Below, in pieces: positions 23,538 through 32,000 of a stretch of 32,000 nt of DNA (its first letter is position 1; every line of letters begins with the position of its first letter). Under the pieces are notes generated by a model, which ran no database searches, was not told the DNA's origin, and saw only the letters and a program-made list of their open reading frames with translations. The translations under genes were made by a program, and so were the position numbers. Source of the DNA: Erysipelotrichaceae bacterium (GTDB lineage Bacteria > Bacillota_I > Bacilli_A > Erysipelotrichales > Coprobacillaceae); contig JAQVDW010000002.1 of assembly GCA_028698185.1 (NCBI GenBank), positions 1-32,000 of the forward strand. The letters are read 5' to 3'.

Positions 23538-23572
23538 CAAAAAAAATAAGTTATCTTATTCAGATAACTTAT
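23538..23572 (-). terminator. Intrinsic terminator of the ilv-leu operon, overlapping the ilvB stop
   Basis: The - strand reads ATAAGTTATC-TGAATAA-GATAACTTAT, a perfect 10-bp stem (23572-23546), followed by T8. The ilvB TAA lies inside the 5' arm. The T tract runs straight into GGAAGG. Confidence 0.8.
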
Positions 23573-25245
23573 CTAGACTCTAGATCTTTTTGATCGAATA
23601 CTTCGGATATTGCTTTGCCTGGTGCAACCATCGGCCAGACTTTCTCGTCCCTGCCGATCATGCACTCAATCACAACCGGACCGTCATGATCCAAGGCTGC
23701 GGCGATTGCAGGTTCCAGCTGTTCAACGGTTTCGACCTTGAACGCCTTGCACCCCAGACCTTCGGCAACTTTGCAAAAATCGACTTTGTCATCGAAAACC
23801 GTAGCCGAGTATCTTTGACTATAGAACAAGTCCTGCCATTGACGAACCATTCCCAGTACCTGATTGTTAAGCACAATTTCAATTATCGGGATATTGTAAC
23901 GGCTGGCAGTAGCCAATTCGTTAAGATTCATCCTGAAACAGCCGTCTCCCGCAAAATTTATTACGGTTTTTTCCGGCTTGGCCATTTTGGCACCTAAAGC
24001 CGCTCCTAGACCATATCCCATTGTCCCTAGACCGCCTGAAGTGATCAGCTGGCGGGGGAACTTGAACTTATAGAATTGAGCCGCCCACATCTGATGCTGT
24101 CCTACATCGGTAACGACTATCGCATCATTGTTGGTCATCTCACTGACTTTTTCGATTACTAGCGGACCGGTAAGGCCACGCGGATAAGTGATCGGGAAAT
24201 TATCCTTCAAGTCGCGGATTTCTTTCATCCAGTGCGGATGGTTCTGCTGCTCAAGAAGGCTGTTGATATCTTTGATAATCTTGCGGGCATCGCCGACAAT
24301 CCCCAAATCAACCTTGATGTTTTTGTTTATCTCAGCCGCATCGACATCGATGTGGATGATTTTGGCATTGGATGCGAAATGTTTCGAATTCCCGATAACC
24401 CGGTCGGAAAAACGGGTTCCAATGGCAATCAGCAAGTCACACCGGGAAACACCCAAGTTGCTCGCCTTAGTCCCATGCATCCCCAACATTCCCGTATAGC
24501 GTGGTCTTGTTGTGTCATAGGCACCTTTGGCCATCAGAGAGTCACATACGGGAGCATCAACGATGTTAGCAAATTCCAGCAGTTCATCGTTCGCTCCGGC
24601 GATAACTGTCCCGCCTCCGATGAAAATCATCGGTTTGCTTGACTGGCGAATCATGCTCAAAGCTTCTTCAATATCCTCAGGCGAATAAGTATAACCTCTA
24701 GAATCGATGAATTCAGGCTCAACCGGCTCGTATTCGGCCATTTCGGCTGTCGCGTTTTTGGTCACATCAATCAATACCGGACCAGGTCTGCCTTCAACTG
24801 CAATCTGGAATGCTTTCCTGATTGTCGGAGCCAGATCCCGGGCATCCTTGATGATGAAATTATGCTTTGTGATTGGCATCGTAACCCCAAGGATATCGAT
24901 TTCCTGGAAGCTGTCTTTACCTAGCAGCGAACGCCCTACATTGGCAGTTATGGCAACCAAAGGAACCGAATCCAGAAAAGCCGTCGCGATACCTGTGACC
25001 AGGTTCGTTGCCCCTGGTCCTGAAGTCGCGAAACAGACACCAACTTTTCCGCTCGCTCGAGCGTAACCGTCAGCCGCATGGGCTGCTCCTTGTTCATGTG
25101 ATGTTAAGATGTGGTTTATTTTGTCGGAGTGATTATACAGGCTGTCGTAGACGTTTAGGATAGCTCCACCGGGGTAACCGAATATCGTATCAACGCCTTG
25201 TTCGATAAGACATTTGATGATAATGTCTGAACCATTTAATTCCAT
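23569..25245 (-). CDS. ilvB: Acetolactate synthase (AHAS) large catalytic subunit, biosynthetic type
   Basis: 558 aa with a ThDP enzyme fold (GYPGGAILNVYD..., GLGTMGYGLGAALGA, ...GDGCF.MN). It sits in an ilv-leu context. Confidence 0.95.
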   Translation of the reverse strand: MELNGSDIIIKCLIEQGVDTIFGYPGGAILNVYDSLYNHSDKINHILTSHEQGAAHAADGYARASGKVGVCFATSGPGATNLVTGIATAFLDSVPLVAITANVGRSLLGKDSFQEIDILGVTMPITKHNFIIKDARDLAPTIRKAFQIAVEGRPGPVLIDVTKNATAEMAEYEPVEPEFIDSRGYTYSPEDIEEALSMIRQSSKPMIFIGGGTVIAGANDELLEFANIVDAPVCDSLMAKGAYDTTRPRYTGMLGMHGTKASNLGVSRCDLLIAIGTRFSDRVIGNSKHFASNAKIIHIDVDAAEINKNIKVDLGIVGDARKIIKDINSLLEQQNHPHWMKEIRDLKDNFPITYPRGLTGPLVIEKVSEMTNNDAIVVTDVGQHQMWAAQFYKFKFPRQLITSGGLGTMGYGLGAALGAKMAKPEKTVINFAGDGCFRMNLNELATASRYNIPIIEIVLNNQVLGMVRQWQDLFYSQRYSATVFDDKVDFCKVAEGLGCKAFKVETVEQLEPAIAAALDHDGPVVIECMIGRDEKVWPMVAPGKAISEVFDQKDLESR

Positions 25246-25260
25246 ATTATATCCTCCTTC

Positions 25261-26928
25261 TTATTTTGCTTTTAAAATTGCCCCTGTCGCTGCAGATGTA
25301 GCTTGAGCGGCATATCTAACCAAGTAACCTTTTTTGATTTTAGGTTCTTTAGGAACCCAGTTTTCTTTTCTTTTTGCGAATTCTTCTTCGGTGATATCGA
25401 CATCTAGACGATGGTTTGTGATATCTACTGTAATCATGTCGCCCTCTTGGACAAACGCGATTGGTCCACCTAACGCCGCTTCAGGGGAAATGTGACCCAA
25501 GCTTGCCCCGCGAGTCGCTCCTGAGAAGCGTCCGTCGGTGATCAATGCCACGTCCTTATCCAATCCCATTCCGGCGATTTCACTGGTCGGTGAAAGCATT
25601 TCGCGCATTCCCGGACCACCTTTAGGCCCTTCGTATCGGATTACGACAACGTCACCTTTAACGATTTTTCCATCTCTGATCGCATCGATTGCATCTTCTT
25701 CACAGTCGAATACTCGAGCAGGACCGGTATGTTGCATCATTTCTGGAGCAACTGCCGATTGTTTTACAACCGATCCATCAGGTGCCAGGTTGCCTTTCAA
25801 TACGGCAATCCCACCGATTTCACTGTATGGATTTTCAATCGGACGGATGATGTCGTGATTTGTATTGACATGCCCCGAAATGTTTTCCTTAACCGTTTTT
25901 CCCGTGCAGGTGATCAGATCAAGATGGAGCAGATCTTTTTTTGCCAATTCGTTCATTACTGCATAAACCCCACCGGCATCATCAAGATCTTCCATGTAGG
26001 TGTTTCCTGCAGGCGCCAGATGGCAAAGGTTCGGTGTCTTTCCAGACACTTCATTGGCGATATCCAGATCAAGTGCCACGCCGGCTTCATAAGCGATAGC
26101 TGGCAAGTGCAACATTGTGTTTGTCGAACATCCCAAAGCCATGTCAACTGTCAAGGCATTTTCGAAGGCTTCCTTGGTCATGATATCCAATGGACGGATG
26201 TCTTTTTTTACCAGGTCAATGATCTGCATCCCTGCCATTTTTGCAAGTCGGATTCTTGAAGAGTAAACCCCAGGGATCGTTCCGTTTCCACGAAGCCCCA
26301 TCCCGATGGCTTCAGTCAGACAGTTCATGGAATTGGCAGTGAACATCCCTGAACATGAGCCGCATGATGGGCATGCTTTTTCTTCGTATTCAGTAAGTTT
26401 TTCCAGCGCGATTTTTCCCGCATTGAATTGCCCCACGGCTTCGAATACCGAAGAAAGTGAAGTTTTACAACCGTCACTCATTTTACCGGCAAGCATCGGT
26501 CCCCCTGATACAAAGATTGTCGGAATGTTGACACGGGCAGCCGCCATCAGCAAACCAGGCACGTTTTTGTCACAGTTAGGAACCATAACCAGACCATCGA
26601 ACTGATGGGCTGTCGCCAGACACTCGGTGCTGTCGGCAATAAGTTCCCGGGTTACCAGTGAATATTTCATGCCGGTATGGTTCATGGCGATCCCGTCGCA
26701 AACAGCGATCGCTGGAACTTCAACCGGAACCCCACCTGCCAGGTAGATTCCTTTTTTTACCGCTTCGGTGATCTTGTCCAGATTGATATGACCTGGAACA
26801 ATCTCATTGAATGAGTTTACCACCCCGATTAATGGTCGTTTCAACTCCTCATCGATAAACCCGTCAGCCTTAAGCAACGAACGATGGGGCGCTCTTTGCG
26901 GTCCTAATTTTATATTATCACTATTCAT
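25261..26928 (-). CDS. ilvD: Dihydroxy-acid dehydratase
   Basis: 555 aa with the IlvD/Edd family signature ([30 protein letters not shown]). Confidence 0.97.
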   Translation of the reverse strand: MNSDNIKLGPQRAPHRSLLKADGFIDEELKRPLIGVVNSFNEIVPGHINLDKITEAVKKGIYLAGGVPVEVPAIAVCDGIAMNHTGMKYSLVTRELIADSTECLATAHQFDGLVMVPNCDKNVPGLLMAAARVNIPTIFVSGGPMLAGKMSDGCKTSLSSVFEAVGQFNAGKIALEKLTEYEEKACPSCGSCSGMFTANSMNCLTEAIGMGLRGNGTIPGVYSSRIRLAKMAGMQIIDLVKKDIRPLDIMTKEAFENALTVDMALGCSTNTMLHLPAIAYEAGVALDLDIANEVSGKTPNLCHLAPAGNTYMEDLDDAGGVYAVMNELAKKDLLHLDLITCTGKTVKENISGHVNTNHDIIRPIENPYSEIGGIAVLKGNLAPDGSVVKQSAVAPEMMQHTGPARVFDCEEDAIDAIRDGKIVKGDVVVIRYEGPKGGPGMREMLSPTSEIAGMGLDKDVALITDGRFSGATRGASLGHISPEAALGGPIAFVQEGDMITVDITNHRLDVDITEEEFAKRKENWVPKEPKIKKGYLVRYAAQATSAATGAILKAK

Positions 26929-26930
26929 AA

Positions 26931-28019
26931 TTAATCTCCTAGATTTTCAACTATTAAATCACCCATTTGACGGCAACCGACTTGTTGGCATCCTGGAGCG
27001 AAAATATCAACTGTGCGATATCCCTGTTCCAAAACATCATAAATCGCTTTTTCAATAGCGGCGGCTTCGTCAACCAAATTGAAAGTGTAGCGTAACATCA
27101 TTGCGGCCGAGAGAATCGTGGCAATCGGATTGGCCTTATCCATTGAAGCGATATCCGGAGCAGATCCGTGTGACGGTTCATACATTCCAAATTTGTCTTC
27201 TCTAAGACTTGCGCTTGAAAGCATCCCGATTGAACCGGTTATCATGCTGGCCTCATCGGAGAGGATATCCCCGAACATGTTTTCGGTCAGGATGACGTCA
27301 AACTGCTGGGGATTCTTGACCAATTGCATCGCGCAGTTGTCCACTAACATATGTTCCAATGAAACATCTGGATATTCCACAGCAACCTCGTTGACGACTT
27401 TGCGCCATAGCCTTGAAGTATCAAGAACATTGGCCTTGTCCACAGACGTTACTTTGTTTCTTCTAAGTCTTGCGATATCGAATGCACGATAAGCGATCCG
27501 GCGGATTTCTGACTCGCTGTAGCTCATGGCATCACGGGCAACCAGCTGTCCATCTTCCATTTCAGTCGAGCGTTGACCAAAATACAGACCACCGGTAAGC
27601 TCACGCATGATCATCATATCGAATCCACCTTTGATCAGTTCCGGCTTTATCGGACAAGCATCGGCCAGCTGTTCATACAGATAGGCCGGGCGCAGGTTAG
27701 CGAACAAGCCCAATTCCTTTCTGATTTTCAGCAATCCCGCTTCCGGTCTCAGTTCTGGAGGAAGCTGGTACCATGGCGAGGTGTTGGTGTCGCCACCAAT
27801 CGATCCGAGCAGGACCGCGTCGGATTTTTTGGCGATCGCCAAGGCCTCATCGCTAAGGGGCACGCCGCAGGCATCAATCGAAGCCCCGCCCATAAGAATC
27901 TGGGTGAAATCGAATTGATGGTTGTATTTTTTCTCAATGGCTCTTAGAACCTTCATTGCCTCATCGACAATCTCCGGTCCGATTCCATCACCTTTGATAA
28001 CTGCAATATTCGCCTTCAT
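26931..28019 (-). CDS. leuB: 3-isopropylmalate dehydrogenase
   Basis: 362 aa with isocitrate/isopropylmalate dehydrogenase motifs ([33 protein letters not shown]). Its start overlaps the leuD stop (TAATG). Confidence 0.96.
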   Translation of the reverse strand: MKANIAVIKGDGIGPEIVDEAMKVLRAIEKKYNHQFDFTQILMGGASIDACGVPLSDEALAIAKKSDAVLLGSIGGDTNTSPWYQLPPELRPEAGLLKIRKELGLFANLRPAYLYEQLADACPIKPELIKGGFDMMIMRELTGGLYFGQRSTEMEDGQLVARDAMSYSESEIRRIAYRAFDIARLRRNKVTSVDKANVLDTSRLWRKVVNEVAVEYPDVSLEHMLVDNCAMQLVKNPQQFDVILTENMFGDILSDEASMITGSIGMLSSASLREDKFGMYEPSHGSAPDIASMDKANPIATILSAAMMLRYTFNLVDEAAAIEKAIYDVLEQGYRTVDIFAPGCQQVGCRQMGDLIVENLGD

Positions 28020-28507
28020 TACTGACCTCTTTTTTTAGCTTTGACATAGTTTACCAGACCGTCGAGCTCAATCATTTTTTGCAGGAATGGAGGGAACGGT
28101 TGCGCCTGGTATGTCTTGTTTTTGGTATGGTTGGTAATGATTCCCGTATCGTAATCGACGCTGATATTGTCGTTGGCCTCGATATCCTTGCTTGCCACTT
28201 CGCACTCGAGAATCGGGAAACCGATATTGATCGAGTTACGGTAGAAAATCCGGGCAAATGAAGCTGCAATTACACATTGCACCCCAGCCGTCTTCAGACA
28301 AAGTGGCGCGTGCTCGCGGGATGAACCGCATCCGAAGTTCTTCCCGGCAACGATGAAGTCGCCTTTTTCGACTGTCGAAGCGAAAGACGCATCGATGTCA
28401 GCCATCGCATGGCTGGCAAGTTCCTGAGCATCAAAAGAATTCAAATATCGTGCCGGAATGATAACGTCAGTGTCGACATTGTCTCCGTATTTATAAACTT
28501 TACCCAT
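28019..28507 (-). CDS. leuD: 3-isopropylmalate dehydratase small subunit (short type)
   Basis: 162 aa with a [13 protein letters not shown] aconitase swivel-domain motif. It has TAATG overlaps with both neighbours. Confidence 0.93.
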   Translation of the reverse strand: MGKVYKYGDNVDTDVIIPARYLNSFDAQELASHAMADIDASFASTVEKGDFIVAGKNFGCGSSREHAPLCLKTAGVQCVIAASFARIFYRNSINIGFPILECEVASKDIEANDNISVDYDTGIITNHTKNKTYQAQPFPPFLQKMIELDGLVNYVKAKKRGQ

Positions 28508-29781
28508 TAGATAACCTCCACTTTTTCAGGATTTGCGATATAACCGGCAATCGCGCTAGCGGCTGCCACTTCAGGGGATGCCAGGTAGATCATTGAATCG
28601 ACATGGCCCATCCGCCCGACAAAGTTGCGGTTTGTGGTAGAAACGCATTTTTCACCAGCCGCCAAGACGCCCATATGGCCACCCATGCAAGGTCCGCAGC
28701 TTGGAGTGTTGAATGTGCATCCCGAATTCACGAAAATTTCCGTCAACCCTTCCATGACACATTGCAGGTAGATTTTTTGAGTGGCCGGAACGACTATGAC
28801 GCGGACGTTAGGATTGACCTGATGTCCTTTTAGAATCGCTGCAGCTTTGCGCAAATCTTCGATTCGCCCGTTTGTACAAGACCCGATGACAACCTGGTCG
28901 ATTTCGATCTTTTCCATCGCTTCGACTTCATCTATCGTCTTGCCGTTTCCAGGCAAGTGTGGGAACGCCACGGTCGGCCTGATTGCTCCCAGGTCGATTT
29001 CGATAACCTGTTCGTAGATCGCATCTTCATCAGCCTTGAAAACTTCGTATGATTTTTTTGAATGTTTTTGAATGTAATCGATCGTCTGGTCGTCGACTTC
29101 GAATATCCCGTTCTTTGCGCCGGCTTCGATTGCCATGTTGGCGATGGTGAAACGGTCATCCATCGAGAGGTTCTTGATCCCCTCACCGACAAACTCCATT
29201 GATTTGTATAAAGCGCCATCGACGCCAATCAAGGAGATAATATGTAAGATGACATCTTTTCCAGAGACGAATTTTTTCGGTTTTCCACTCAGGACAAACT
29301 TGATTGCTGCAGGAACCTTGAACCAAAGTTCGCCAACTGCCATCCCGGTGGCAATATCGGTAGTTCCGACACCGGTTGAAAAAGCGCCCAGAGCTCCGTA
29401 AGTGCATGTGTGGCTGTCCGCACCGATGATCAACTCGCCGGCAACGACAATTCCTTTTTCCGGCAACAAGGCATGCTCGATACCCATTTGTCCGATTTCA
29501 AAATAGTTCTTCAGGCATTGCTTATGTGAGAATTCTCTTATATCTTTTGCGTTTTGCGCCGATTTTATATCTTTAGCCGGCATGAAGTGGTCAGGTACCA
29601 AAACGACTTTTTCAGTGTCAAAGACCTTATCCGCCATTTGTTTGAAAATTGGCAGCGCCATCGGTCCAGTGATATCGTTAGCCATAACAACATCAAGTTT
29701 CGCTTCGATCAACTGTCCTGCAACTACCTTATCTAATCCGGCATGTTTTGCTAGGATTTTTTGTGACATGGTCATTCCCAT
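28507..29781 (-). CDS. leuC: 3-isopropylmalate dehydratase large subunit (short type)
   Basis: About 424 aa with aconitase-family motifs ([25 protein letters not shown]). The start is trimmed to the ATG at 29781 ([10 protein letters not shown]...), 9 nt after GGAGG. The track ORF extends 22 codons into the spacer. Confidence 0.93.
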   Translation of the reverse strand: MGMTMSQKILAKHAGLDKVVAGQLIEAKLDVVMANDITGPMALPIFKQMADKVFDTEKVVLVPDHFMPAKDIKSAQNAKDIREFSHKQCLKNYFEIGQMGIEHALLPEKGIVVAGELIIGADSHTCTYGALGAFSTGVGTTDIATGMAVGELWFKVPAAIKFVLSGKPKKFVSGKDVILHIISLIGVDGALYKSMEFVGEGIKNLSMDDRFTIANMAIEAGAKNGIFEVDDQTIDYIQKHSKKSYEVFKADEDAIYEQVIEIDLGAIRPTVAFPHLPGNGKTIDEVEAMEKIEIDQVVIGSCTNGRIEDLRKAAAILKGHQVNPNVRVIVVPATQKIYLQCVMEGLTEIFVNSGCTFNTPSCGPCMGGHMGVLAAGEKCVSTTNRNFVGRMGHVDSMIYLASPEVAAASAIAGYIANPEKVEVI

Positions 29782-29815
29782 TAATATTTTCCTCCTTTTT
29801 TGTGGGTTACTACTA

Positions 29816-29865
29816 GGGAGTAAATAATTACTCCCCACTAACAACACACAAAAGTGTGCGTTGTT
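29816..29865 (-). other. Two stem-loops in the ilvC-leuC spacer (possible mRNA processing/stability element)
   Basis: Hairpin 1 (29840-29865) starts immediately after the ilvC stop and has a 10-bp stem. It has a G-U pair in the - strand RNA but an A/C mismatch in the + strand RNA. Hairpin 2 (29816-29835) is GGGAGTAA-TTAT-TTACTCCC, a perfect 8-bp stem. Neither is followed by a U tract on the - strand. Confidence 0.45.
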
Positions 29866-29866
29866 T

Positions 29867-31413
<1,547 letters not shown>

Positions 31414-31415
31414 AA

Positions 31416-32000
31416 TTAATCTCCTTTTTTAGACTGATATAGACGATTCAATGCCGAGATGATCGCCATGGTGGTTGCCGTGGTGATATTCGGATGAACC
31501 CCGACTCCGTATTCCTGTCTAGCTGAACCTTTTTCACGCAACAAGACATATGAAGCGGCATTTGAAGACGAACCTGATGTAAGAGCATGTTCGCTGTAGT
31601 CGACCAAATGGGCGTAGACGCCACCAAGCTTGTTCAAAGCGTCCTTGACGGCATTGATCGGCCCGTTTCCGTAACCTTCCAACTCGATGTTCTTTCCGTC
31701 GTGGCTGACCACGACAAGCGCTTTGCGCTCATATTCACCTTCTTCAGAAATATCAATTAATTTTTGAGATACGAATTTATAAGGATTGGTATTTTCAACA
31801 TAGTTGTCTACGAAGGTATCATAGACCCGTTCCGGTGAAACCTCTCCTTCAACTTCCGAAATGTTCTGGATCAACTTGGCAAAATCAATCTGCAATCCCC
31901 GTGGCAGATGGAAGCCGTACATGCTTTCAAGCACGAATGCCACTCCACCTTTTCCCGATTGGGAATTGATCCGGACAATCGGCTCGTAAGCCCGTCCAAG
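31416..32000 (-). CDS. leuA: 2-isopropylmalate synthase, C-terminal part (5' end outside the window)
   Basis: The reading frame stays open to the window edge. Upstream of the GTG given by the track it reads ...LGRAYEPIVRINSQSGKGGVAFVLE.... This SQSGKGG block and the C-terminal LeuA dimer/regulatory domain match long-form LeuA enzymes. Confidence 0.85.
   Translation of the reverse strand, partial: LGRAYEPIVRINSQSGKGGVAFVLESMYGFHLPRGLQIDFAKLIQNISEVEGEVSPERVYDTFVDNYVENTNPYKFVSQKLIDISEEGEYERKALVVVSHDGKNIELEGYGNGPINAVKDALNKLGGVYAHLVDYSEHALTSGSSSNAASYVLLREKGSARQEYGVGVHPNITTATTMAIISALNRLYQSKKGD

Noticed and set aside
29782-29847. 22-codon N-terminal extension of leuC
   Set aside because: The extension begins at a non-ATG codon inside the structured ilvC-leuC spacer and has no SD. 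The ATG at 29781 has GGAGG at 9 nt and gives a normal LeuC N-terminus.

Overview
All 26 convincing genes are on the - strand. This looks like a core housekeeping stretch of a low-GC Gram-positive (Bacillota-like) chromosome using the standard genetic code; I cannot name the organism from the sequence. Reading the - strand 5'->3' (high to low coordinates), the content is: (1) a branched-chain amino-acid operon, leuA (partial, runs off the window)-ilvN-ilvC-leuC-leuD-leuB-ilvD-ilvB; (2) a YitT/DUF2179-type membrane protein; (3) pgk-tpiA with its own promoter and terminator; (4) a beta-glucoside operon, licT-bglP(EIIBCA)-bglA, with two RAT-like antiterminator targets; (5) rplK-rplA; (6) an L10-leader-like region followed by rplJ-rplL; (7) a YbxB-like small SAM methyltransferase; (8) rpoB-rpoC; (9) rpsL-rpsG-fusA-tuf; (10) an orphan PTS EIIA (Lac/Cel family). 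Most transcription units are bounded by readable sigma-A-type promoters and intrinsic terminators. I found no rRNA or tRNA gene, CRISPR array, transposase, integrase, toxin-antitoxin pair or defence-type gene set. I therefore cannot support a claim that a new multi-gene system lies in this window. The more unusual features are regulatory or architectural. First, an L1-operator-like rRNA-mimic motif occurs twice, in the rplK leader and directly against the rplA SD. Second, RpoB carries a 56-aa tail that is 71% Asp/Glu. Third, the second RAT is paired with a hairpin that sequesters the bglP SD rather than with a classical terminator. Fourth, the ilv-leu gene order separates the two acetolactate synthase subunits. 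Fifth, stem-loops follow ilvC, whose composition differs from its operon neighbours. Sixth, two terminators lie directly against the next gene's SD with no room for a promoter.
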